Assembly (NCBI GenBank): GCA_963740315.1
Contig: CAVUDP010000002.1
Coordinates: 2,432,001-2,496,000 of the forward strand
Length of the DNA stretch: 64,000 nucleotides
DNA from: an uncultured cyanobacterium
GTDB lineage: Bacteria > Cyanobacteriota > Cyanobacteriia > Cyanobacteriales > Nostocaceae
Direction: 5' to 3'
Part shown: positions 22,537-32,163 of the stretch, piece by piece
Layout of the letters: each line of letters begins with the position of its first letter
Position numbering within the stretch: position 1 is the first letter of the stretch
Program-made: the position numbers and the translations under genes
The notes under the pieces: model-generated
Databases searched by the model: none
What the model was told of the DNA's origin: nothing
The model's input: only the letters and a program-made list of their open reading frames with translations

Positions 22537-22906
22537 CTAATTAAGAATATAAATTAACAATTCATCTTTATCGCATTTATTAAAAACTTCGTTTGCAGCA
22601 GTACTTAGACGCGAACTATCCTCTAAATACCAAATTAAAGCATGGGTATCAGCAACTGCATCCGACATCAAACATCCTCACGCGGAAAGTTACTCCACAT
22701 TTATTTTCTAACTTGATTAATATCTGATTCAGTAACATTAGCACCTTGCCAAATACCTCTCAAAGATTGTCGCGGTTTGGGTTGAATATTCGTTAATTCC
22801 TTTTCAATTTGAGGGGCAATTTGTTCAATTAAGCGAACTTTATCAAAAGCGCGAAAGTTGCTTTACTAATTCTAAAGTTGCATAAGAAAGTGACTATTTT
22901 TTCCAT
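22537..22906 (-). pseudogene. Decayed VapBC-type toxin-antitoxin pair
   Basis: Antitoxin (22668-22906) has frameshifts and a stop (..PRQSLRGIWQG..QVRK*MWSNFPREDV). It is TGATG-coupled to a PIN start MSDAVADTHALIWYL..RLS truncated at 43 aa. Confidence 0.8.
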
Positions 22907-22996
22907 TTATTTTACCTTAGCCCTTTTTAAAAAGTCTATCACACCTATTTTTTAATGGGGTAGTTTAGAATAACTTAATTATATAATTATTGATTA

Positions 22997-23986
22997 TCAA
23001 TTATCGCCAAAGTTTAACACAAGCTGTTTCGGTTCTAATTGAGGTGTTGATTTGTTTTCAATATATTTAATAATCGCATTAGCAACATACTCACCTAATT
23101 TAACTGGTACAGCATTACCAATCATTTGTTCCAAATCAGTTTTTGTTTGATTCTGGGTATCGAAATCAAAATCTTTAGGAAATGTTTGTATATAGCTTCT
23201 TTCAATTGTTGTTAGAGGTCGAATTTCCTTTATTAAAGAAGTTGCATCTGCTTTATGTAACTGATATGTTTTTGGTATTGGTCTATTCACACCCCTAATA
23301 GTTGGACTTGGTTCATCAATACTAAAAATGCCTCTTCTAGCATAAGTTCTAGGATGTCTATAATAATACTCTATTCCTAATGTATCTCCTAAATAATCTC
23401 TAACAGACATAGGTTTTTCAGAAAAACTTTGATTAATGTATGTTAATAATTCATTATCCTCGCCATTTAATTTACCTATACAGATGTACCTCTTTCTATT
23501 TTGAGGAACACCACAAAGACTTGCTTTAATTATTGTTTCAGTTAAACCATAGTTACTTGCTTTAAATATATCTATTACCTGACATCTTTTTTCGCTTTTC
23601 TTATATCTTTCAACATTTTCCATTACAAACCATTGAGGCTTAATAAAGGCAATTATTTTTGCGAAAATAATGCTTAAATCGCCTCTACCCAAATTTTCAT
23701 TTCTTTTTCCTGCACTAGAGAAATCTTGACAGGGTGGTCCCCCAATCACTATATCGCAATCAAATTTTTCAAAGACTGTATAATTATCATTCAAACCGCT
23801 TAAATCGCAATTGTATATCGGATGATGAAAATTTTTTTTATAAACTTCAATTGCAGGTTGCCAATTATCAAAAGCACCAATTATTTTAAATCCAGCATTC
23901 CCGAATCCAAGTGATAAACCTCCACATCCTGCAAAAATATCAATTGCTTTTAAATTTAAGAATTTTTTATTCATATAAGATTGCAT
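22997..23986 (-). CDS. DNA (cytosine-5) methyltransferase, resembling GRCGYC-specific M.HgiDI/M.HindV group
   Basis: FAGCGG, GPPCQDFS, ENV, Q.R.R, GNAV; TRD YYRHPR.Y.RR.IFSIDEPSPTIRGVNRPIP; specificity is recalled similarity only. Confidence 0.92.
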   Translation of the reverse strand: MQSYMNKKFLNLKAIDIFAGCGGLSLGFGNAGFKIIGAFDNWQPAIEVYKKNFHHPIYNCDLSGLNDNYTVFEKFDCDIVIGGPPCQDFSSAGKRNENLGRGDLSIIFAKIIAFIKPQWFVMENVERYKKSEKRCQVIDIFKASNYGLTETIIKASLCGVPQNRKRYICIGKLNGEDNELLTYINQSFSEKPMSVRDYLGDTLGIEYYYRHPRTYARRGIFSIDEPSPTIRGVNRPIPKTYQLHKADATSLIKEIRPLTTIERSYIQTFPKDFDFDTQNQTKTDLEQMIGNAVPVKLGEYVANAIIKYIENKSTPQLEPKQLVLNFGDN

Positions 23987-23998
23987 AAAAGTATTTTA

Positions 23999-24178
23999 TT
24001 AGATATCCTTCAAAGATTCATCAAAAATTTCTGGATTGCTTAGAACAATAGCATCAAAACGCCTCTCAGGACTTAAATAATTTTGTCCTCCACCAAGAAT
24101 AATATTTCTTATCTCTTCTTTCTGGATTCGTGGTGTTCTTAATTCTGGGGATGCCATGTAAGCATAAGTATTTACGTT
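23999..24178 (-). pseudogene. 3' remnant of a type II restriction endonuclease (HindVP-like)
   Basis: Hand translation ..NTYAYMASPELRTPRIQKEEIRNIILGGGQNYLSPERRFDAIV..* directly upstream of the MTase; ILGGGQN.LSPERRFDA recalled as the HindVP-family C-terminus. Confidence 0.72.
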
Positions 24179-24360
24179 ACGATCGCGTAAATGCTATATC
24201 TATTAATAAAGGCAGGTAAGAATGTATATTGGATTACTTAATTTTGATTTACTTCTTGTTGTAGATTGAGTCCCGATGCTGAAAGTAGTAGAATGTAATT
24301 ATATAAGTAATTAATTCTTCACAGAATCAACTCTACTTGAAATAAACAACAAATAGTGTA

Positions 24361-24936
24361 ATGCGATTCTCCAACCTCAAAAATATTTTATTAGCAATTA
24401 TTTTTGTAAGTGTATTTTATCTAGCGATGGTATTTGCTCTACAAAATATAGGTTTAGACAACGCTCAACTATTTATCAAACAAACTGGAGTTTGGGCACC
24501 TATAGTATTTATAGCTTTATGTGCGGTAAGCTTAATTTTTGCACCTTTGAGCGGAAGTTCGTTGTTTATAGTTGGTGGAACGTTATTTGGCAAACAGAAT
24601 GCTTTTTTATTAAGTTATATAGCTAGTATTATCGGATGCAGCGCTAATTTTTGGATATCGCGGAAATTTGGCAGAAAAATAGCTCAAAGATTTATAGGGA
24701 AAACTAATTTAGATGATTTAGATAAATTTATTAACAGATTAAAAAGTCGTCGCAGCATTTTGTATATGATAATCACAATGCCACTTTCCCAAGATATAGT
24801 TAGCTATGCTATCGGTTTAACAAAAATAAAATATACTTACTTTTTAATTGCTTTAATATTAAGCAGCACCATAGTTGTTTCTGGATATGTATATATTGGT
24901 TCGAGTTTGCTAGAATTGTTTATTCAACCTAAATAG
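24361..24936 (+). CDS. TVP38/TMEM64 (VTT/DedA-like) membrane protein
   Basis: G.WAP..FI, GG.LFG, DIVSYAIGLT. Confidence 0.88.
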   Translation: MRFSNLKNILLAIIFVSVFYLAMVFALQNIGLDNAQLFIKQTGVWAPIVFIALCAVSLIFAPLSGSSLFIVGGTLFGKQNAFLLSYIASIIGCSANFWISRKFGRKIAQRFIGKTNLDDLDKFINRLKSRRSILYMIITMPLSQDIVSYAIGLTKIKYTYFLIALILSSTIVVSGYVYIGSSLLELFIQPK

Positions 24937-25042
24937 GCGATCGCCAGCAGCATCGACTTAAATAAAAATTGGGTTGGGGTTGTGCCAGCGTAAAGGTTGA
25001 CGACGCATCCTATTTACTCTCACCTGCTATAATATTGTCGTT

Positions 25043-25081
25043 TTTCAATTTAATTTCAACTTGATTTAAACCTAAATTCAA
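25043..25081 (+). promoter_or_regulatory. Four 11-bp-phased direct repeats (TTTCAA-N5), candidate wHTH operator
   Basis: TTTCAA tttaa TTTCAA cttga TTTAAA cctaa ATTCAA upstream of the FHA-wHTH gene. Confidence 0.55.
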
Positions 25082-25147
25082 TGTACGTCTTCATAAGGTG
25101 GTGATAACCTTATAGTAAAGCAGAAAGGCACTGAGTTGGATTAAATC

Positions 25148-25906
25148 ATGGATCCAGAATACCCATTTTTAGAAGTTCAAAGACCAGATGGTTCGGAAGA
25201 TATTATAAAACTTAAAGATATTATCGATCGGCAAAATTGTAAACATTTTGTCACAATCGGGCGCTCTAAAGAAAATGATATTGTATTACCCGATCCATAT
25301 AAAAAAGTATCTCGAAGACATTGTATATTAGAGCATAATATCGGTCATTGGTGGGTTGTAGATGAAGGTAGTGCCAATGGTACTTTTGTACAGCGTAACG
25401 AGAAAGATTTTCTTGATGTTCGTAGTGATGGAAGGTTAGCTTTAGCTGATGGGGATGAAATTCTGATATTAGGTAAGTTTATCGAACCGGATGACTATAT
25501 TTTTTGGCATTTGAAATTTCGAGATCCAAACCAAACTCAGGAAGTAAAAACGTTTCAACATGTAGAGGCTTTGGAATATAGTTTGAGTCAAGAAAAGCTA
25601 TTTCGTAAAACGTCTCGAAACCGAGAAGAAATTAAATTAACTCCACAAGAAAGAAGATTAATTCATCACATGGCTGAATGCAACTATCAAAATCAGCATC
25701 AGCCAGTAATGTGTAGCTATGAAGAATTATTGCAGGCAATTTGGTTAGAAAAGTTTGGTCATACTAATGCCGAAGTTAATCGCTTGATTTGGAGTATTCG
25801 CAATAAGATAGAAGCGGACTCTGGCGAACCGAAGTTTCTCCAAACAGTCAAAGGTAGTGGTTATATACTTAACGTTAATATTAAGAAATATGAGGACATT
25901 GGTTGA
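25148..25906 (+). CDS. FHA domain plus OmpR-type winged-helix transcription regulator
   Basis: IGR..NDIVL..VSRRHC..D.GSANGTF (FHA); LTPQE..ELLQAIW..IRNKIE.D..P.FLQTVKG.GY (Trans_reg_C). Confidence 0.9.
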   Translation: MDPEYPFLEVQRPDGSEDIIKLKDIIDRQNCKHFVTIGRSKENDIVLPDPYKKVSRRHCILEHNIGHWWVVDEGSANGTFVQRNEKDFLDVRSDGRLALADGDEILILGKFIEPDDYIFWHLKFRDPNQTQEVKTFQHVEALEYSLSQEKLFRKTSRNREEIKLTPQERRLIHHMAECNYQNQHQPVMCSYEELLQAIWLEKFGHTNAEVNRLIWSIRNKIEADSGEPKFLQTVKGSGYILNVNIKKYEDIG

Positions 25907-26054
25907 CGGTATTACCACGTTACAGAGGGTTTATTTTGTCACATTATGTAAATAAATTTTATAAAAATGGAAACTTTTGCGTAAAAACCAGGATATAGCT
26001 ATGAATAATATATAGGATGCGAACGCGAATTATCGTAAAGCAGACAACAAAGGC

Positions 26055-28052
26055 ATGAACAATTACAAAAACGATCTAATGAAATGGAATGGTTTTCCGT
26101 TTTGGCGATTTTCCAGACGTAACCAGGATAATATGGAAGGCAGAATACTCCGGGAAAAGTACAGAATTAAGCATAAAATGGGTGGAATTGGCGGTTTTGG
26201 GGAAACTTTTATCGCTGAAGGTTTAAATTCTCCAGATGATAAATATTATGTAGTCAAAAAACTCAAGCCAACCATAACAAATCCGCGAATTTGGGAACAG
26301 TTTGCTAAAGAAGCATCAGTTTTGAAAGAATTGGGACAATTTCATCCGTTGATTCCCGAAGTTTATGATTATTTTGAACAATATAAAGAATTTTACCTCG
26401 TACAAGAGCATATTGATGGACACGATTTAACCCAGGAAATTCGTTCCGGAAAATGTTGGAATGAAGCTCAAACCAAGGAATTTTTAGCAACCATTTTAGA
26501 AATACTCAGCTTTGTCCATAACCGAGGAAAACTTCATATGGATATTAAACCGGCGAACATCATGCGGAGAAAAAGCGATCGCCAACTGATGTTAATAGAC
26601 TTTGGCTCGGTGAAGCAAATCAGTACCCAGGTAATAGAAAACGGAGAAATCCGCATCAATCCGACTACACTCGTCTTTTGTACTCCCGGTTATGCAGCAC
26701 CCGAACAGTTAAACTGCAAACCACATTTTTTTAGTAGTGACATTTATGCAGTTGGAATCACCGCAATTGAAGCTTTAACTGGCATATCTGCAAGAGAATT
26801 ATCTAAAGAAAGTGGGAGAATAATCTGGCGCGATCGGGTTGGCGATCGTGTTAGTGATGGTTTCGCGGCTTTTTTGAGCAAAATGGTATCTTATAACTGG
26901 GAGCAGCGTTACAAGGATGCCAAGATTGCATTGCAAGAGTTACGAAGTCTAGATAACGGTGATGAACCAACTGACTCTTCACAACCACCGATATCTATCC
27001 CAGACACAATTCCACCTTTAGAATTTCCTAATGGTCCGGTTCGTTTAAATTCACCATTTTACATAGAACGTTGCAATAGTAATATGTATGGGCGCAGTAC
27101 AGCTTTACGGCGCATCAAAGCTCCGAGAAAGTGGGGGAAAACCTCTGCAACTATTCGCACGATCGAGCATGAACGACAGCAAGGATTTCATATTGTCTGC
27201 TTAAACTTTCAAGAATTTGATACAGATACAGATGCATTACAAAACTTAGGCATTTTCTTACAAAAGTTCTGCGAAAGTATTATTCAAGAGTTGAATGAGA
27301 AAGGATTAATTATAGAAAATAATGTCGCCGAGTATTGGCAAAATTCTTCAGATCCAAATAATAAAACTAAATGTAGAAGATATATTCAGAAATATGTACT
27401 AAATGTAATTAATAAACCTTTAGTAATTTTATTAGATGAAGTCGATAGATTATTTGGTAATTCTCAAATAGATGCCGAATTCTTCGCACTTTTGCGAGTG
27501 TTTTACGAAAGAAGTGCATCCGAAGAAACTTGGCAAAAACTGAAAATTATCATTGTACATTCTCAAGACTATACGGAAACAAGTAAAAATAAATCGCCTT
27601 TTAACGTTGGAGAATCTATCGAGCTACCCGAATTCGATGAATCGCAGATAAAAAAATTATTACAACTACATGGTTTGAATTGGAAACCCGAACAAATCAA
27701 ACAGCTAATGGAATTAATTGGAGGTCATCCGTATATGGTGCGTATGGCTTTGTACAAGATTGCCAATCAAGAAATAACATTTTCTGAGTTTTTAGAGTTA
27801 GCACCAACAGAAGCTAGTTTCTTTGCTCCCGATTTACTTTACCACTGGAGGAATTTAGAAAAATATAATGTTCAAAATGAGTATAGAAAGGTATTAGCTA
27901 CGAAAGAAGCAGTACAAATAGATGCTCAAAAAGCGAACATCTTAGAAAGTATGGGATTAATCAAACGTGACAAAAAAAATCCCAACAAAGTCAAATGTTT
28001 TTGTCAGTTATATCGCCTCTATTTTAGCCAGTATTTAGGATTAGACAAATGA
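26055..28052 (+). CDS. Ser/Thr protein kinase fused to AAA-like (AAA_35) NTPase
   Basis: GGFGETF, VVKK, HMDIKPAN, DFG, APE; then LEFPNGPV..SPFYIER, APRKWGKTS, LLDEVD, SPFNVG, GGHPY. Confidence 0.9.
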   Translation: MNNYKNDLMKWNGFPFWRFSRRNQDNMEGRILREKYRIKHKMGGIGGFGETFIAEGLNSPDDKYYVVKKLKPTITNPRIWEQFAKEASVLKELGQFHPLIPEVYDYFEQYKEFYLVQEHIDGHDLTQEIRSGKCWNEAQTKEFLATILEILSFVHNRGKLHMDIKPANIMRRKSDRQLMLIDFGSVKQISTQVIENGEIRINPTTLVFCTPGYAAPEQLNCKPHFFSSDIYAVGITAIEALTGISARELSKESGRIIWRDRVGDRVSDGFAAFLSKMVSYNWEQRYKDAKIALQELRSLDNGDEPTDSSQPPISIPDTIPPLEFPNGPVRLNSPFYIERCNSNMYGRSTALRRIKAPRKWGKTSATIRTIEHERQQGFHIVCLNFQEFDTDTDALQNLGIFLQKFCESIIQELNEKGLIIENNVAEYWQNSSDPNNKTKCRRYIQKYVLNVINKPLVILLDEVDRLFGNSQIDAEFFALLRVFYERSASEETWQKLKIIIVHSQDYTETSKNKSPFNVGESIELPEFDESQIKKLLQLHGLNWKPEQIKQLMELIGGHPYMVRMALYKIANQEITFSEFLELAPTEASFFAPDLLYHWRNLEKYNVQNEYRKVLATKEAVQIDAQKANILESMGLIKRDKKNPNKVKCFCQLYRLYFSQYLGLDK

Positions 28053-31000
28053 ATATACAAAACAATTTTCAGTATGAAGTCGGGGGAGCTTTAAGTAAGG
28101 ATTCTCCTACATATGTAAGTCGTGAAGCAGATAGCGAACTTTACAGTTTTCTCAGAGCCGCAGAGTATTGTTATGTGTTTAACGCCCGTCAAATGGGAAA
28201 GTCGAGTTTGGGTAAAAAGACAATGCAGCGCTTAAAAGCTGAAGGCTTTATCTGCTGCTGGATTGATATGTCTGAAATCACCGAGAAAGATATTACCCGT
28301 AAAGACTGGTACGAACAGATTATACTTAGTATTGCGGAAGCATTAGAATTAGAATCAAACTTATTTAAAGACTGGTTTTCTAATTACGATTCAAACAGAC
28401 CTGCTAGTAAATTTAGAGATTTTTTTGGTGAAGTTTTACTAAAAAATATTCAGAAAAACATTATTATATTTGTAGACGAAATTGATAATATCATCGAGTT
28501 GAATTTTGATGCAGCCGATGAGTTTTTTAAGCAAATAACAGCTATTTATAACAGACGCGCCGACAATCCCGAATACCAACGTATTTCCTTTGCATTTTTT
28601 GGCGGTGCAACTCCATATGAATTGATTCAAAAACCAATTGGAATTGGTAGGGCAATTGAATTAAGGGGTTTTGAATTAGACGAAGCTTTAAATTTAGGTA
28701 CGGGCTTGAATGTCAAAACGTCGAACTCTCACGCCGTGTTAGAAGAAGTATTAAAATGGACTGGGGGACAACCTTTTTTAACGCAAAAGATTTGTCGTCT
28801 TCTATGTGGAGGAGACTTAATAACTAATGGTTCAGAATCACAAACAGTAAGCAATTTAATTCAAACTATAATTGAGTATTGGGATAGCGATAAACAAGAT
28901 TCTCCCGTACATTTTAGAACTATTTACCGCAGAATATTAGATAGCAAAAATAGTAATAAGCTGCGCCATCTTTGTCATCAACTTTTTAAAAATGGTAAAA
29001 TTCCCATTGATAAAACACCCGAACAGCTTGAATTTCGCTATACGGGATTAGTAGTACGACGGGGAAATTATTTAGAGTTTTTTAATCCAATTTACCAGCG
29101 CATATTTAACGAAAATGTCATACCGGAACCCGATGGCGCACCATCTATATTTATAGAGCGTCAGGAACAACAAGCAAGTTTTAAACAAATCTTACATTCT
29201 TTATTAAATTCTCGATCGCAAGATAATTGTCCGCAAATTTTCTTAATCTACGGACATCAAGGAATGGGCAAATCTGCTTTTATTAACCGCTTGCGCCAAA
29301 TTGTTGCAGAACAACCTTTCAAAGATAAAATTAACAACTTACTTCTAGATTGGGCTTACGAATACGAACGCTATCCCGAACTAAAAGTGGGACATAACAA
29401 TATTGAATCCAAAGATGTTTTAGAAGTAATCTATCAAAAGTTTGTCTTTGAAGGTTGGGGAAATCACTTTGAGAATTACCGTCAAACCAAGGAATTGTGT
29501 CAGAATGCCAACCAAAAAATTGCTTTATCGTTAAAAAATTATCCTGCCTCCGCAGAATTTATTGATAATTTACGTCCTTTGGGAGTAGAAGGAATTGTCG
29601 ATTTGTTGAACGAAGATGAATTCAATTTAGATGAAGAAGAGCAAAAAGAATGGAAACAGACAAAAGAATTTATCGAACTGCAACTTTCACCGCAAGAGTT
29701 AAAAGTTTTTCAACAGCAAGAAAAACATCTTGCCGTTGCTTTGGGAATTGGAATTGCCAATATAGCTTCAGAAACACCATTAGTAATAATTTTTGATACT
29801 TATGAACTCGTAGATTCAGTCAAATGCGATTATATTCTGCGTTATGCAATCAACCAAAGTAGCAATAAAGTAGCATGGGCGATCGCCTCTCAAAGAAACC
29901 TTGCAGATAGCGGCAAGAGGAATGATGCAGCCAAATTAGCTTTACAAAATTTGGAGCATCAAGATCCCGATGTAGTTGTAGCAACGATTAAAGCATTAGC
30001 ACATTTTGATGATGGAATTACAGTTACCGAATTAATCAACTTTGCTTTGCTGCCTACAAACGATCGTTACGTGCGTGAAACAGCAGCCCGCGAATTAGGG
30101 AAAATAGTTGAGAAGAAAACAGATTTGTCGCAAATATCGACAGCAATTGAAGCTTTGGTTACTGCGATGCGAAACGATTACATTAGCAATGTGCGCGAGA
30201 GTGCAGCCAAAGCACTACAGAAAATCTACGCGGCGATCGAATTAAGAGAAAATCAACATGACGAAATTATCAAAGTAATTGAACGCAATCTGATACTTGC
30301 AGGTAAATTAAATCGAGAAGATTCCGCAGAAATAAACGATACACCTTTTGAAATACTCATAGAAGATTTATCCAGTCAGGATTTGGATACAAGAGTAAAC
30401 AGCGCCCAAAAGTTGAGTAAATACCAACAAGCCGCAGAATATCTCGTGAAAATACTTGCTAACTCACGCGAAGATCCCGATATCCGCGCTACAGCAGCAC
30501 AGTCATTAGGAGAAATCGGCATAACTAACTCCCATGCAGTTGAAGTACTAATCAAAGCCGTAGATTACGAACAACAACCAGATTCTTACGTGCGAAAACA
30601 AGCGGCGATTACCTTGGGTAAACTCAAAGCCACAGCAGCTATAGATGCATTGAACAAAGTCTGTCGTCAAGATAAATTTAGCAGCGTTCGCAATCCGGCT
30701 CAAGCATCTTTGGAATCGATCGCTTCGTCAGCAGATTCAGAAAACGCCAGACAAAAGGCGGCAATTTATCTAGAGCAACTGAATCCACAACCATCTCAAC
30801 CGAAAATTATCGAGTTAATTGAACAGTTAAATAGTCAAGACAGAATAAAGAGAGAATCTGCTGTTATTGCATCGGGTAACATCAACGTTAATAAGCAAGA
30901 ATTAGATGAATTTAGAATTATAGAAAGGTTAATAGATATGTGGCGAAATGACCCAATTACCGAGGTAAGAAATGCTGTTGAAGATGCATTATGTGAAATA

Positions 31001-31126
31001 TATAAACGTACACAAGATCCAACTGCATACAAAGCTTTGAAACGATATCCCGATTATACCAACGATCGAGTTAGAGAAAAATACGAGTTGCTATTTAAGC
31101 AATATCCTTTATCGATTAATAGTTGA
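28049..31126 (+). CDS. AAA_35 NTPase, N-terminal part of a second (STAND/AAA_16-like) NTPase, HEAT repeats
   Basis: YEVGGAL..PTYVSR.AD, NARQMGKS, FVDEID, WTGGQPFLTQK; GHQGMGKS, IFDTYE; multiple VRE.AA..LG repeats; ATGA-coupled to the kinase gene. Confidence 0.85.
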   Translation: MNIQNNFQYEVGGALSKDSPTYVSREADSELYSFLRAAEYCYVFNARQMGKSSLGKKTMQRLKAEGFICCWIDMSEITEKDITRKDWYEQIILSIAEALELESNLFKDWFSNYDSNRPASKFRDFFGEVLLKNIQKNIIIFVDEIDNIIELNFDAADEFFKQITAIYNRRADNPEYQRISFAFFGGATPYELIQKPIGIGRAIELRGFELDEALNLGTGLNVKTSNSHAVLEEVLKWTGGQPFLTQKICRLLCGGDLITNGSESQTVSNLIQTIIEYWDSDKQDSPVHFRTIYRRILDSKNSNKLRHLCHQLFKNGKIPIDKTPEQLEFRYTGLVVRRGNYLEFFNPIYQRIFNENVIPEPDGAPSIFIERQEQQASFKQILHSLLNSRSQDNCPQIFLIYGHQGMGKSAFINRLRQIVAEQPFKDKINNLLLDWAYEYERYPELKVGHNNIESKDVLEVIYQKFVFEGWGNHFENYRQTKELCQNANQKIALSLKNYPASAEFIDNLRPLGVEGIVDLLNEDEFNLDEEEQKEWKQTKEFIELQLSPQELKVFQQQEKHLAVALGIGIANIASETPLVIIFDTYELVDSVKCDYILRYAINQSSNKVAWAIASQRNLADSGKRNDAAKLALQNLEHQDPDVVVATIKALAHFDDGITVTELINFALLPTNDRYVRETAARELGKIVEKKTDLSQISTAIEALVTAMRNDYISNVRESAAKALQKIYAAIELRENQHDEIIKVIERNLILAGKLNREDSAEINDTPFEILIEDLSSQDLDTRVNSAQKLSKYQQAAEYLVKILANSREDPDIRATAAQSLGEIGITNSHAVEVLIKAVDYEQQPDSYVRKQAAITLGKLKATAAIDALNKVCRQDKFSSVRNPAQASLESIASSADSENARQKAAIYLEQLNPQPSQPKIIELIEQLNSQDRIKRESAVIASGNINVNKQELDEFRIIERLIDMWRNDPITEVRNAVEDALCEIYKRTQDPTAYKALKRYPDYTNDRVREKYELLFKQYPLSINS

Positions 31127-31130
31127 TTGA

Positions 31131-31157
31131 TTTCACTTACTTCACTTACTTCACTTA
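31131..31157 (+). repeat. Three tandem TTCACTTAC units
   Basis: ttcacttac ttcacttac ttcactta in the intergenic gap. Confidence 0.75.
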
Positions 31158-31242
31158 AAAATGAACTACGTTTACAACACGGAATGAAAAGATATCTTTT
31201 CCATCAGGTTCTAAATTTCAATCAATACAATTGGAGAACAAA

Positions 31243-32052
31243 ATGAATTTTATCGTTAATGCAAGAGAAGGTAATTCTTATACTACACCACAAGGAAAAG
31301 TGGTAACTATATCGGAAACTTTGACTAATATTTCCGATCCTCAAACCCAAGTGGCGGCATTAAGTTATCTTGGCGTTCAATTTGTAGATAATCACCTGAT
31401 AATTAACTTTCTCGAAACAGGTAATCCCTATGCTGAAGTTGAAGGCGATCGAACAAAATTAGGTGAGAAAATAACCGATATCGCAATCGTAGAATTAGCT
31501 TTGAGGCAACAACCACCTCAACCCTTAGAAATAAAAGCATACTTGTTGCCATTTATAGAAGATGGAGTCAACTTTGCTGGTAACATCAACTTTAAAACCC
31601 CTGGGGGAGAAAAGCGAAAAATCCCCATGACTGGTAGGGGAACAGCTGCTTTGGAAGGAAGAGCTAATGATGCTCATGCGGGATTTTGTACGGGTGGTGC
31701 TTGCGCCTCATTTCAATCCAGAAGCGCTTTAGTTTTAGCGATCGCTGCTGCTGCTGGTGCCAGCAACGAACAAATTGACATTATAGGAGAAAAATTTGCA
31801 CAGCTTAACAATAAATTTCATGGAAGAGGAGACATTCTTTCTTACTGCATAGAATCCGCTAAAACTCCCCAAGAAAAAATGCCCAGTTACAAAGAGTTTA
31901 TGACTGCTCTTTATCCAAATAATCGTCCCGTATTACTTGAAAGTATGATTAATACAGGAAAACCAAATCATGCTTATTTTGAAAAAGTCTTAACTAAAAT
32001 GAGCGATGAGGAACTAGCCCAAGACAAAGAAGCCGAACAAATCAAGCTCTAG
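31243..32052 (+). CDS. Hypothetical protein (no recognisable family)
   Basis: 269-aa ORF, GGAG RBS before ATG 31243, co-oriented within the cluster. Confidence 0.8.
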   Translation: MNFIVNAREGNSYTTPQGKVVTISETLTNISDPQTQVAALSYLGVQFVDNHLIINFLETGNPYAEVEGDRTKLGEKITDIAIVELALRQQPPQPLEIKAYLLPFIEDGVNFAGNINFKTPGGEKRKIPMTGRGTAALEGRANDAHAGFCTGGACASFQSRSALVLAIAAAAGASNEQIDIIGEKFAQLNNKFHGRGDILSYCIESAKTPQEKMPSYKEFMTALYPNNRPVLLESMINTGKPNHAYFEKVLTKMSDEELAQDKEAEQIKL

Positions 32053-32163
32053 ATTTTTACTAATATAAAACCTCATCCACCTACTGTACCTTCTCTTTAG
32101 TCAGAGGGTTGGGGTGAGGTAAATCTAGTTATAAATAATACAAAATAAATAATACAAAAGATT

